Shown: positions 17,040 through 32,925 of the stretch, piece after piece
How positions within the stretch are numbered: the first letter of the stretch is position 1
Layout: each line of letters opens with the position of its first letter
Assembly (NCBI RefSeq): GCF_009914755.1
Contig: NC_060927.1
Source of the DNA: the human T2T-CHM13v2.0 reference genome, Homo sapiens
Length of the DNA: 64,000 nucleotides
Direction: 5' to 3' (one strand)
Program-made: the position numbers and the translations under genes
The notes under the pieces: model-generated
Database searches by the model: none
What the model saw: the letters and a program-made list of their open reading frames with translations, nothing else
Told to the model about the DNA's origin: nothing

Positions 17040-17830
17040 TACCTACTTGTTAACAAAGTCATTGCATTTGTAACTAAAGAGATCACACACAACTGTGCCA
17101 TCTGGTCACAAAACAGAAGATAAGGACAAGTTTCTTTTTATAAAAGTATTCCAGCTAATAAATGATGAAGGAATGACAGACTCTCTTATTAAATTACTGG
17201 ACCTAGGTGTTGACCATCAATAACAGAGACATATCAATCACAAGAGACAACCTGAAACATCATGTGCCTCTTAATGGAAGAACACAACACCAACTATTGA
17301 ACTATCTTTCAAAAAAAAAAATCAAACTTGAATCTGATTGAGCTTCTAAACACCACAGAGAAGTTAGAGGAACATGTTTGTTTGTTTTTTGAGACGGAGT
17401 CTCGCTCTGTGGCCCAGGCTGGAATGCAGTGGGGCCATCTTGGCTCACCACAATCTCCGCCTCCTGGATTCAAGCAATTCTCTGGCCTCAGCCTCCCAAG
17501 TAGCTGGGATTACAGGTGTGCACCATCACGCCCAGCTAATTTTTATATTTTTAGTAGAGATGGGGTTTCACTGTGTTGGCCGGGCTGGTCTCAAACTCCC
17601 GACCTCAGGTGATCTGCCCACCTTGGCTTCCCAAAGTGCTGGGATTACAGGCATGAGCCACTACGCCCCGCCTAGAGGAACATGTTAACCACCACAATGG
17701 TGAGCCAATCAGCAAAATCAAACTCTGGAAAACACCATTAAGACAAACTACCTGGTTTTATCAAACAAATTGGAAAGAAAAAAAGAGCAAGAAATTGAAA
17801 AGGACACTATAGGTTAAAAGAGATTTAAAA
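17040..17830 (+). mobile_element. Old L1 (L1MC-like) 3' fragment, interrupted by an Alu
   Basis: ATTCCAGCTAATAAATGATGAAGGAATGA, CTTGAATCTGATTGAGCTTCTA, CAATCAGCAAAATC motifs. Confidence 0.6.
17377..17673 (-). mobile_element. Alu (AluS-like)
   Basis: TSD TAGAGGAACATGTT. Confidence 0.95.
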
Positions 17831-18263
17831 TGAAATTTTAAAAACAATTTGAAAAAAATCTACTCACTGTAGCATCAAGAAAGAAAGAAAGAAAGAAAAG
17901 AAAGCAAGAAAAAAAAAAGGAAAAGGAAAGAAAAGGAAAAGAAAAGCCTGTACACTGAAACTGGAAAATATGGCTTAGTTAACTAAAAAAATACCTAAAT
18001 AAATGGAGAGGCATACGATATTCACAGACTAAAAGATCCAAAGATGCCAAAGGTAATTCAATGGAAATGGAAAAAGGATAGTATTTTCAACAAATGGTAC
18101 AGAAACAACTGGATATCCACATGGACAAAAATGAACCTCAACCTTACCTCATACCATACATAAAAACTCAAAATGGACCATAAACCTAAATGTAAGAGCC
18201 AATATTTTTTAATATCCAGAAAAAGAAAATAGAAAATCTTTCTGAGCTTGGACTGGCAAAGAA

Positions 18264-18574
18264 TTTTTATTTTTATTTTGAGGCAGGGTCTTGCTCTGTC
18301 GCCAAGTTTGGAATGCAATGGGCACGATCACTGCTCACTGCAGCCTTGACCTCCTGGGCTCAAATAATCCTCCCATTCTCAGCCTACCAAGTAGCTAGGA
18401 CTACAGGCATATGCCACCATGCCTTGCTAACTTTGTTTATGTTTTGTAGAGAAGTGGTCGAAGTGGTCTCACTATGCTGCCAGGCTGGTCTCAAACTCCT
18501 AAACTCAAGTGATCCTTCTGCCTCAGCCTCCCAAAGTGCTGGGATTACAAGTGTGAGCTATTGCACCCAGCCTG
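18264..18574 (-). mobile_element. Alu (AluJ-like)
   Basis: Antisense diverged Alu; TSD TGGCAAA. Confidence 0.9.
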
Positions 18575-18657
18575 GCAAATAACTTTAAAACATGACACCA
18601 GAAAAAGCACAAACAATAAATTGGGACTGTATCAAAGTTTAAAACGTTTGCTCTTCA

Positions 18658-18952
18658 GGCCAGGTGCCACCCCCCAGCTCACGCCTATAATCTTAGCACT
18701 TTGGGAGGCTGAGGCGGGTGGATCACCTCAGGTCAGGAGTTCGAGACCAGCCTGGCCAACATGGTGAAACCCCGTCTCTACTAAAAATACAAAAATTAGC
18801 CAGGACAGTGGTATGTGCCTGTAGTCCCAGTTACTTAGGAGGCTGAGGCAGAAGAATCACTTGAACCCGGGAGGCGGAGGTTGCAGTGAGCCAAGATCAC
18901 ACCACTACACTCTAGCCTGGGCAACAGGGTGAGACTCCATCTCAAAAAAAAA
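18658..18952 (+). mobile_element. Alu (AluS-like)
   Basis: TSD AAAACkTTTGCTCTTCA. Confidence 0.93.
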
Positions 18953-19079
18953 CAAAACTTTTGCTCTTCAAAGACACAATGAAGAAAAAAGACAAGCCAG
19001 AGGCTTAAAAAGAAATTTTTTTGCAAAACATATACCTAATATGGATTTATATCAAAAAGCTCTTAAAAATAAACAATCC

Positions 19080-19385
19080 TTTTTTTTTTTTTTTTTTTTT
19101 TTGAGACAGGGTCTCCCTCTGGTCACTGGGCTGCAGTGCAGTAGCACCATCTTGGCTCACTGCAGCCTCAACCTCCTGGGTTCAAGTGATCCTCCTGCCT
19201 CAGACCTGCCAAGTAGCTGGGACTACAGGCGCACGCCACCACACCCAGCTAATTTTTGTATTTTTTTAGTAGAGACAGAGTTTCACCTATTACCCAGGCT
19301 GGTCTCGAGTTCCTGAGCTCAAGCGATCTGCCCACCTCAGCCTCCCAAATGCTAGGATTATAGGCATGAGGCACCACACCCGGAC
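19080..19385 (-). mobile_element. Alu (AluJ-like)
   Basis: Antisense Alu with poly(T). Confidence 0.92.
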
Positions 19386-19660
19386 AATAATCCAATTTTT
19401 CAATCAAAAGATTTGAATAGGTACTTCAGCAAAGAAAATATATGAATGGCAAGCACATGAAAAGATAATTAGTCACTAGGGAAATACAAATTAAAACCAC
19501 TATGAAGTATCATTACACACCAACTAAAATGGCTAAAATACGAACAATAGGAAATTTAATAAGGATGGAGAAGTGAGTCCTCATACAATGCTGGTGCAAA
19601 TGTAAAAATGGTACAGCCACTTTGAAAATGGTTTGGCAATTTCTTAAAAAGCTAAACACA

Positions 19661-20019
<359 letters not shown>

Positions 20020-20156
20020 TCACCAAAAAGAAATGAAAACAGCCACACAAAGACTTTACTTGTGTTCACTGCCAAGAACTAGAAATAACCCAAATGTCCA
20101 TCAACTAGTGAATGGATAAACAAAACGTTTTACCTATTTATACAATGGAATTATTC

Positions 20157-20558
<402 letters not shown>

Positions 20559-20987
20559 CTAGAAAAGGCAAAATTGTATAGAAAATACATCAGTGGTTTC
20601 CCAGAATCAGGATGCATTGTCTGTAAATGACCACATTTTGGGGGTAATAAAATGTTCTAAAACTAAATGGTGATGATGGTTGCATAACTCTATACAATTA
20701 CTAAAATTCATCAAGTAGGTCACTTACAATATAAAACATGCTTCAATAAAACATTGTTTAAAAAAAGAGAGAAGATAACACAACGTGTTGGTCAATTGGA
20801 TCCTTTAAACAATATTTTTTAAATTTATTTTTGTTATTGTAAAATACACATAAAATTTACCATTCTAATCACCTTAGATGTATAGTTCTGTGGCATTAAG
20901 GACATTCACAATGTTGTACAAGAAAATTTTTTAAATTACAGCATGTATAACAATGGGAACTGAGCTCTGCATAAATTCTAGTGTTCA

Positions 20988-23215
<2,228 letters not shown>

Positions 23216-23289
23216 GAGGACTTAATGTCTGGCACACTAAAATATTTACCAATAAAACAAACTGATATTTGGAATTTTTTTAAGTTTTA

Positions 23290-23960
23290 AAAGTGTGGTC
23301 ACTGTATTGTGATCACACAATTACATTAGGAAAATGTCTTATTCTTAGAGATGTACATTAAAGTATTAAGAGTACTGAGTTATAATGTCTGCAATAGAGC
23401 CTCAAATGTTTCACAGGGGACTATATAAATACATATATATGCCTATATATACATATATTACATATATACACATATATAAAAGACAAAGAGAGAAAGCAAA
23501 CAGTGATTCTAGGTGAAAGACAAAGTGAGAACTCAGCAAAAACGTAAATTAGTACAGGTTTGTTGGAAAGCAATGTGATGACATCTCAAAATTGGAAGAA
23601 ATTTACAAAAACTAAAACATGCCTAATGCATGTCCTTTGACCCAACACCCCTTCTAGGAATTTATCTTTAAAAAACTCACACAAGACCACAAAGCAAGAA
23701 AGGGTATTAATTACAAAAATTTTTTAATGGTTTAATACTCAAATATCTACCAATAGGTGGTTAGGTAAATAAGTTATTGCAAATGCTTAAAATGAAAAAA
23801 AATATATGAAAAGAAGAAAGGGGTGTGGGTACAGATGAAACCGCATTGGCTGTGAGTTTATTACAGAAGCAATCTTTGAATAATGGATATTTGGATGTTC
23901 ATCTCACTGTTTAGTCTACTTTTATATATGTTTGACATTCTCCCTAACAAGTCAAAAACA
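23290..23960 (+). mobile_element. Old L1 (L1MC/ME-like) 3' fragments with (TA)-rich patch
   Basis: GAAAATGTCTTATTCTTAGAGATG, TCTACTTTTATATATGTTTGA motifs. Confidence 0.5.
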
Positions 23961-24102
23961 AAAAAGAACCACACAAAATTCCAAGGGCACAATTCTTTAC
24001 AAGTGGTCATCGACCCCCTTTCTTTCCCAAATTAATAATATCAACATGGGAGGGAAGGTTCTACACTACATAAACAAGTACACATAAATATTAAAGTTCT
24101 TT

Positions 24103-24312
24103 CAGCCTGGGCAACATAGTGAGACCCTGTCTCTTAAAAAAAGATTTTCTTTTAGTTAGCTAGGTGTGGTGATTCACATCTGCAGTCCTAGCTACTAGAG
24201 AGACTGAGACAGAAGGACTGCTTGAGCTCAGGAGTTCAAGGCTGCAGTGAGCCATGATCGTGTGTCACTTTAGCTTGCATGACAGAGTGAGACTCCAACT
24301 CTTCAAAAAAGA
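24103..24312 (+). mobile_element. Alu (AluJ-like), 5'-truncated
   Basis: End of left monomer plus right monomer. Confidence 0.85.
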
Positions 24313-24509
24313 AAAAGTTCCATCACTCTTAATTATTCTTACATCCTCAGGTCATCCCTGAACAGAAGAGTTTTGCTTTCAAGCATCTTGGATCCAGTAG
24401 TAAGTAGATGGCAGCTCACATTTACTGTGCTCCCACCAGCAAGCAGCTCTTCATTTCTAATAGAGGAACCACACTGCTCTAGCTAAGGAAAGAAACAAGT
24501 GTAGAAAAA

Positions 24510-24810
24510 GCCAGGCACAGTGGCCGCGCCTGTAAATTTTAGCACTTTAGAAGGCCAAACAAAGCAGGAGGACCACTTGAGCCCAGGAGTTTGAGACCAG
24601 CCTGGACAACATAGGGAAATGGGAGATCCTATCTCTACCAAAAAAAAAAAAAATTGTAAAAAATTTGCCAGGCATGGTGGCTCATGACTGTGGTCCCAAC
24701 TACCTGGGAGGCTGAGGCTGGAGGATATGTAGGCCCAGGAGGTCAAGGCTGCAGTGAGCACTGATCCTGCCACCGCATTCCGGCCTGGGCAACAGAGCAA
24801 GACCCAGTCT

Positions 24811-24812
<2 letters not shown>
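24510..24812 (+). mobile_element. Alu (AluJ-like) whose tail is a (CA)n repeat
   Basis: Diverged dimeric Alu. Confidence 0.9.

Positions 24813-24863
<51 letters not shown>
24813..24863. repeat. (CA)n microsatellite, about 25 units
   Basis: Seen directly. Confidence 0.98.
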
Positions 24864-24866
<3 letters not shown>

Positions 24867-25013
24867 AATGAAAGATTACTGCCTGTTTTGAACTTTGTTT
24901 TCTATGGAGTTGTTCAGCTTTTCCTATTAGAAGTTCAAATATGTGTACTACATATTGTGCCATTTCTGAATTATAACAAAAGCAAGAGAGCTTAGAAATC
25001 ATCCAGCCCAGTT

Positions 25014-25337
<324 letters not shown>

Positions 25338-25790
25338 TTAACAAATAAGCAAAACTATCCAGGCCCAAAGTTATTATTTCAAATTATAATAACTTCAGTA
25401 TTCTCTAGTTAGGAGGTATTCTCCTCAGTTTAATTTGAATAAACTAAGTGCTCACTGAACACCTGCCACAGTGAACTGTAATGAATAACGAGCAAAAGTT
25501 GGAAGTCTGTCTTGAGGGTGCTAAACTCACAGTCCAAGGCCACTGACTACCATCCAAAACCCTACAGTCATTGGGCTCAAGAGCCCACAAACTCAACACC
25601 TGCTCAGCACCAGCCTGCTTAAACTTGAAGCAGGAATTTTCAAAACAGCCTCCTCTTTCTTTCAGCAAGTCATATGATATTCATTAACTTTCAAAGCAAT
25701 GAGAAAATATAATGTAAGTTAAAATTAACCAAGACTGATAGTTACATGAAGATGTCTAGTTATTGGGTGTTTTCCCCCGCTCTCTGGTCC

Positions 25791-26035
25791 TGGCTGAGGC
25801 AAGCGGATCACTTGAAGTCAGGAATTTGAGGGTAAAACCCTGTCACTACTCAAAATATAAAAATTAGCCAGGTATGGTAGCACATGCTTGTAATCCCAGC
25901 TACCTGGGAGGCTGAGGCAGGAGGAACACTTGAACCCAGGAGGCAGAGGCTGCAGTGAGCTTAGATAGTGTCACTGCACTCCAGCCTGGGTGACAGAGTG
26001 GGACTCCATCACAAAAAAAAAAAAAAAAAAAAAAA
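25791..26035 (+). mobile_element. Alu, 5'-truncated with internal deletion
   Basis: Alu homology with poly(A). Confidence 0.85.
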
Positions 26036-26612
26036 GATGGTGTTTAAATTTTTATTCCAGGAACAGGGTTATTCTTTTTATATTCCAATTTCAAAAGAAA
26101 AACTCTCTATATGTTCTGCATCAAGCTAATACCACAATTAAAACGTATTCTTCACATGATAGAGAATTTAAAATAATGATGACACAACTAGATACTTGAT
26201 AATATTAAGGAATTATTCATTTTACATGTGATAAACGTATTACGGCTTAAAAAGTCATCATTTTAGAGATACTGAATTATTTATGAAATAATACTTGAGA
26301 TTTGCTATAAAACAGTGCAATGAGGGACGCAAAATTGTGAACGTGCATGAGAGCAAAGTATAGATAAAACAAGTGGGCCACGTGTTGATAATTGTGGGAA
26401 CCAAGTAACATGATATTCTCTCCGTTTTTCCGTATGCTCAAATACCTCCATGATAAAAAGTAAGCCAAAAAATAAAATTATAGTAACAAATCAGCCTTCT
26501 CAGAGGGCATACCACAGAAGCAGTAGCATCATAATTAGTTGTTGTAAACACAGGTATTAAAGAGCACACAGTGACTGACAGCATTATATTCATGGATGCT
26601 GCTACCCTGCTG

Positions 26613-26686
26613 AAGAAACTGCTGCATTTGTCAGTACCATAGAAAGGTCAAAAAAAAAAAAAAAAAGAAAAGAAACTGCTGTATTT
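26613..26686 (+). other. Micro-retroinsertion: 20 nt anonymous sequence plus poly(A), flanked by a 17-bp TSD
   Basis: AAGAAACTGCTGCATTT [GTCAGTACCATAGAAAGGTC A17 GAA] AAGAAACTGCTGTATTT. Confidence 0.75.
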
Positions 26687-27074
26687 CAGCAGCGTGAGAG
26701 GTGATTCCCATGACTAATATCCAAAATTACATGACATTACATCCAAAATACATTTTATATCTTAGAAATCTTTCTGAGAAATCAACAATACTTAACAAGT
26801 ATGGAATGACTATAAGATCATCACCATTAGCTAGATATTTCCAATTCCTAACCATTCTTTTCCTCAACAACCTACTCCTTCAACGAGTGCTGAAGAGAGA
26901 AACAATGGTCACTGGAAATTCATCTTTTAAAGTTATAGATATGAGGTTTTAACTCAAAAAGAAGGAATTTCATCAAGTATTAGATCATATTCAGCTACTG
27001 AAACAAATTCATATTTCCTCGTTTCATGTTCTCAAGGCACAAAATACTTTACCTTCATGGTACTCAGGAGCATT

Positions 27075-27462
27075 TCCTTCCTTCCTTCCTTCTTCCCTTC
27101 CTTCCTCCCTCCCTCCCTCCCTTCCTCCTTCCCTTCTTTCTTCTTTCTCTCTCTCTCTCTCTCTCTCCTCCTCTCTTGCTTTTAGATGGAGTCTCGCTCT
27201 GTCGCCAGGCTGGAGTGCAGTGGCGTGATCTCAGCTCACTGAAAGCTCTACCTCCTGGGTTCAAGCGATTCTCCTGCCTCAGCCTCCCAAGTAGCTGGAA
27301 CTACAGGCATGTGCTACCATGCCCAGTTAATTTTTGAATTTTTAGTAGAGAAGGGGTTTCACCATGTTGGCCAGGATGGTCTTGATTCTCTTGACCTTGT
27401 GATCCCCCTGCCTCGGCCTCCCAGAGTGCTGGGATTACAGGTGTGAGCCACCACGCCTGGCC
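27075..27462 (-). mobile_element. Alu (AluSc-like) with a roughly 100-nt (CCTT)/(CT) microsatellite tail
   Basis: Antisense Alu 27180-27462 preceded by a near-pure pyrimidine tract. Confidence 0.92.
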
Positions 27463-28199
27463 ATTCTTTCTTTTTTAAAGCAAGAATTTCATTTAATGAC
27501 CTAGGTGGCTTTATTCTGATTTTCACTTTTAATTATGGTAGACAACCAAATGATAGATCTCTGAAATTTTGAGACACAACTTCTTGTGTACAAAGAGAAA
27601 TGCAGGGTTCTCCATCTTAAGCCCCTAAAGCCTTCAGGAGCCTTCATTCACCTGTGTAACATAGGGCCTCCACCTTGATGCCAGCCAACACACACATGTG
27701 CTAAGCTGAAGCAGCCATCCCTGGAACCGGAAAGAATGAGAAGGGAACACAACTGTCTCAAGTTTGAGGCTTCCTTCTTGACAACAATATTCACAGTACA
27801 AAAGTACTGTGCTTAGAGGAGACGTAAGTCAGATAAGCTGTAACTTTTCACAAAATGCACAATTAGTATAAAGTTTAATAATTTTTTTTCTTCCAGTGTA
27901 AATTCAGTTTGTTTACTGCTTTGTAGTTTTGAAAAGTCAGGAGTTCTTTTTAAATTCTTGGGAGCTGGTCTGAATGTAGTCAGGTCACTTTTCTTATCAA
28001 ACAGCAAAAACTTATTCGAGATTACATAAAAATGGGAAATATAAACACATGTTACATACAGTCCGTACACTTTGAGAGCATGTCATGCCAGTTGGAAAAA
28101 CCTAACAGCAACTTACAATGGTAAATGATGACTACCAAATGCTCTGAATAGGCTGTACGCATGATGGGAGTAAAGTGAAGAGGGGGTTTAAGCCATGTG

Positions 28200-28503
28200 G
28201 GTTTTTTTGTTTGTTTAAGAGACAGGATCTCACTCTGTCACCCAGGCCGAAGTGCAGTGGTACAATCATAGCTCACTACAGCCTTAAACTCCTGGGCCCA
28301 AATGATCCTCCTACCTTATCCTGCCATACGGTAGCTAGGACTACAGGTGCATGCCAGCACATCCTGCTAATTGTTATTGTAGAAACAGGATTGGGTCTCA
28401 CTGTGTTGCCCAGGCTGGTCTCAAACTCCTGGCCTCAAATGATCCTCCCACCTTGGCCTTCCGAAGTGTTGGGATTACAGGCAGGAGCCACAGAGCCCAG
28501 CTG
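28200..28503 (-). mobile_element. Alu (AluJ-like)
   Basis: Diverged antisense Alu. Confidence 0.88.
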
Positions 28504-29239
28504 GGATTTAATTTTGAAAAACAGAGGAGAGGAAGAGAATTCCAGGCAGGAGGATAAAAGCAAAAACATAGAGATGACAACACACAACATGTGTTTCAGG
28601 CACAGTGACTAGACCAATTTGGCTGGGGTACTTTTTCTCCTTTGTTGTCATCTTTATTTTTCTACCTGGGATGTAAACGATGTGAATATGGGTCAGAAAA
28701 ATCAGCTGCACAGAAACACCTCAGCCAATTGTAAGACAGAGAGAGGGTGGACATGCATGAAGGGGCAGTAGCAATTCCAGACCAGCCTTCTGAAAGAGCC
28801 TGTGGTCCAAGCCGGCAACCAGAAGGGCACTCTGGGTGGGGCAGGCAGGACCATGCAATGCAGGTTCTTGGGAGGAAGGATGAGGAGGAGCAGTCACAGC
28901 AGATGCTGTGGCTGAGCTCCAACAAGTTTATTGGACTCTGCCTTCAAGCTGCTGCCTGAAGAAGTTGATTAGCCCATTGGCGGAAGCATAGTGAGAGGTC
29001 ACTTCAAGGCAAGCAACAAGAAAAGACTAGAAAGCTAGGTTGGAGTTAGCCTGGAGGCCTTATATACCAAGAGTTTGAATTTCAGACTGAAGGCTTCTGA
29101 ATGGGATTAAAATGACAGGAAAGTAAGCAGCAGTGCACATATACAGAGATCAGAGACTGATGTTCAGGACGGAATGGGGAGGAAGAGCCTGGAGGTTAGT
29201 TCTCAGGGGATGTTTACTTTAGCAATCATAAAGAGTCCA

Positions 29240-29532
29240 GGCCTGGCGCGGTGGCTCACGCCTGTAATCCCAGCACTTTCGGAGGCCAAGGTGGGCAGAT
29301 CACGAGGTCAGGAGCTCAAGACCAGCCTGACCATCATGGTGAAACCCCGTCTCTACTAAAAATAGAAAAATCAGCCGGGCGTGTTGGCACGTGCCTGTAA
29401 CCCCAGCTACTCAGGAGGCTGAAGCAGGAAAATCACTTGAACCCGGGAGACAGAGGTTGTAGTGAGCCGAGATCCTGCCACTGTACTCCAGCCTGGGCGA
29501 CAGAGCAAAACTCCGTCTCAAAAAAAAAAAAA
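29240..29532 (+). mobile_element. Alu (AluS-like), no visible TSD
   Basis: Full Alu. Confidence 0.93.
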
Positions 29533-29662
29533 GTATACAGGAGGATGTGTGTAGATTATATCCAAATATTACGTCATTTTATATAAGGGTCTTGAGCATC
29601 TATGAATTTTGGATATGGAGGGGTCCTGGAACCAATCCCCTGCAAACACCAAGGGAAGACTG
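29533..29662 (+). mobile_element. MER2 3' half (TcMar-Tigger nonautonomous)
   Basis: GGAGGATGTGTGTAG...CTTGAGCATCTATGAATTTTGGAT...GGGGGTCCTGGAACCAATCCCC...GGGAAGACTG then TA. Confidence 0.8.
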
Positions 29663-30319
29663 TACTTCATTTATGTAAGCTTCCACAGTTTACAAAGGAC
29701 TTTTGCTTACATAATCTCATTTTACCTTCAGAACAATTTGTAAAGTAGAACATTTGCTATATTTCACAAGTGAGGAATTGCTGCTCCGGGCAGTTCCTTT
29801 TATGACCACCATTCCATGTTTCATTTTATGGCTCTGTCTCTCAACCAGTAGACTGTAAGCTCCATGAGGGTATGCAGGGACCACACTGAATTTTGTTTGC
29901 CTTTGTAGCCCTGGCTGCCTCATGAAGAGCCCTGGTCCCTGATCCCAGCAGACACATGCTCACTAAATATGTGACAGATGGGTGAGGAGCACATCCCCTC
30001 TCCCACTCTTGTTTCAATGATACTAAAATGCTTTATCAATCAAAAGTGTTTGGGGGCTTTTTGTGTTTGTTTTAAATTATTGTTCTGACAATTAAAAGGC
30101 TTTGACAATTTTAATACCTCTACTTAGCACTTTCTAAACAAGACCTCTTTTCCCCCGCTAGGTAGGAAAAAGGAAAAATATACAAAAAAGGAATATCAGG
30201 CTGCCTGCCACCTTCACCTTTGTATCAAAAAGTCACTCTAAGTGATATATTAGACTAAGGACCAAAAAAAGGTCAATATTTGCTAATTATTTTTTCAAAT
30301 ATCTTCTATTTCTTTGCAG

Positions 30320-31275
30320 AATGGAATGTATGCTGAAACAAATAACCACACATATGAGTACCTACAGTGCCAGAGTTGAGAAATTCTGGCCTAGAACACT
30401 TGTGCCAGAAAACAAGAAAATGCTCCAAGAATAATGGAGACATGTCAAAAGGACAAAGCAGCAGCTTGAAGGGCCTCCCACTGGCCAAGTCTGAGACAAT
30501 TTAAGCATCAATACAAATAATAAAAGATTATAGCTCATTGATTAAAATAAAAAACATGAGTTCATATTGATATAAATTAATAAATCAATAAATTGAAAAT
30601 GTGATGAAGAATGAGATAGTTAACATAATTTGGAAGTACTTATCCATAAAATACCAATTACAAATGGAAGAATAATTTAGCAGTAGAAAAATGCAAAAAA
30701 TTGAAATTGTATGTCACCTACTAGGAGGCAATGAGACATAACATCATTTCTGCCATATTTCTGCCAAAGATACGCAACCTGAGTTTAATCATGAGAAAAC
30801 ATGAGACAAACCCAAATTGAAGGACAGGCTACAAAATAACTGGCTTATAATTTCCAACCCATCAAGACCATGAAAGTCAAAAGAAGGCTGAGAAAGACTT
30901 GGCAACTAAAAGCAAAGCATGTGAATCTGAACTGAATCCTTTTGCTTGCCCCACCCCCGCAAAAAAAAAAAAAAGGCGGTGGGGAAAGGAGCTGGAAGGT
31001 CTTTATTGGGACTATTGGTCAAACTTGAATGGGGAATGGGGGGGTGTGAGGAGTATTTGATGGTAATATAATGTGTCAATGTTAATTTCCTGCTTTTGAT
31101 GGTTATGTTGTACTTATGTAGAAGAATGTCCTTACCATTGGAAACATACACACACTAGGGTAATTCCAGAGTGATGGAGCATCAGGCGGACAACTCCAAC
31201 GGTTCTGGAGAAGAAAACAAGTTTTCTCTACTGTACTTGTAACTATTCTGTTTTGGGCTGTTTCAAAAGTTTTCA
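30320..31275 (+). mobile_element. Old L1 (L1MC/MD-like) 3'UTR
   Basis: GCCAGAAAACAAGAAAATGCTC, GACAAACCCAAATTGAAGGAC, TCAATGTTAATTTCCTGCTTTTGATGGTT motifs. Confidence 0.75.
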
Positions 31276-31524
31276 AAAACATTTTAAATGATTAGTATCT
31301 CTCCAAAATGAAAGTAATGGATACAATCTTAATACATACACACACATTCTTTCCAACAAGAATGTTCTCTTTGTAAAAGTACTAAATAAGTCTTCCATTT
31401 GGTCACTAGGGAAGTAGTATAAAATAGTGTTGCATAACAAAAAAGAAAAACCAGGCTTTCCATGTAGTAACACTGACTTCAAGCTCCAGTTCATCACATA
31501 CAAATTTCATGACCCTAGGTAGAC

Positions 31525-31826
31525 TTTTTTTTTTTTTTTTGAGATAGAGTCTCGCTCTGTCACCCAGGCTGGAGTGCAGTGGCGCGATCTAAGCTCACTG
31601 CAAGCTCCGCCTCCCAGGTTTACTTACACCATTCTCCTGCCTCAGCCTCCCGAGTAGCTGGGACTACAAGGCACCCGCCACCACGCCCGGCTAATTTTTT
31701 GTATTTTTAGTAGAGACGGGGTTTCACCGTGTTAGCCAGGATGGTCTCCATCTCCTGACCTCATGATGTGCCCACCTCGGCCTCCCAAAGTGCTGGGATT
31801 ACAGGCGTGAGCCACCGTGCCCGGCC
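31525..31826 (-). mobile_element. Alu (AluY-like)
   Basis: Antisense full Alu. Confidence 0.95.
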
Positions 31827-31884
31827 GGAAGATTTTGTTTACCCTTCTGGGTCTTGATATCCTACTCTGTAAAGTGAGAATACC

Positions 31885-32030
31885 AGCCAGGCATGGTGGC
31901 TCATGCCTGTAATCCCAACTACTCGGGAGGCTTGAGGTGGGAGGATCACTTGAGCCCAGGAGTTGGAGATCAATCTGGGCAACATAGCAAGACCCTGTGT
32001 CTATAACAAGGAAGAAAATGAAAAAAGAAA
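31885..32030 (+). mobile_element. Alu monomer (FLAM-like)
   Basis: Single left-type monomer; TSD AAGTGAGAATACCA. Confidence 0.85.
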
Positions 32031-32056
32031 AAACAGGAAGTGAGAATACCACTTTT

Positions 32057-32353
<297 letters not shown>

Positions 32354-32505
32354 TCACTTTGAACAACAAAAGTTGTTAATCTGCTGAGAATACAGGAGAA
32401 TACAAGGGTGGGAGGAAATCTGGTGCTAGATAATACAATCCTTCACTCTTTCAGTAAGTTTGGTTTTTAAACACATGAATCACTTATTCATTCAACAAAT
32501 ATTTA

Positions 32506-32925
32506 CAGTTGATCCTTGAACAACACAGGCGTCAGGATTACCAACTGCCCTCACAGGAAAAAATCTGCATGTAACTTCTGACTCCCCAAAACTTTACTAA
32601 TAGCCTACAGCTGACCAGAAGCCTTACTGATAACATAAACCGTGGATTAACATGTTTTGTATATGTATTATACACTGTATTCTTACAATAAAATAAACTA
32701 GAGAAAACAAAATATTAGAAAAATTATAAGGAAGAGAAAATATATTTACTATTCACTAAGTGGAATGGATTATCATAAAGGTTTTCATCCTCACGGTCTT
32801 CACACTGAGTAGGCTGAAAAGGAAGAGGATGGGTTGGTCTTGCTGTCTCAGGGGTTGCAGAGGCAGAAGAAAATCCACATAAAGTGGACCCATGTGATTT
32901 GCCCTGTGCTGTTCAAGGTCAACTA
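32506..32925 (-). mobile_element. Tigger2a-type nonautonomous DNA transposon
   Basis: TA-CAGTTGATCCTTGAACAACAC...GCTGTTCAAGGTCAACTA-TA; body is the reverse complement of the ends of the Tigger2 at 2755-6372. Confidence 0.85.

Noticed and set aside
24343-24456. Possible minus-strand exon ending GAT|GTAAGA
   Set aside because: Weak acceptor and no recognisable product
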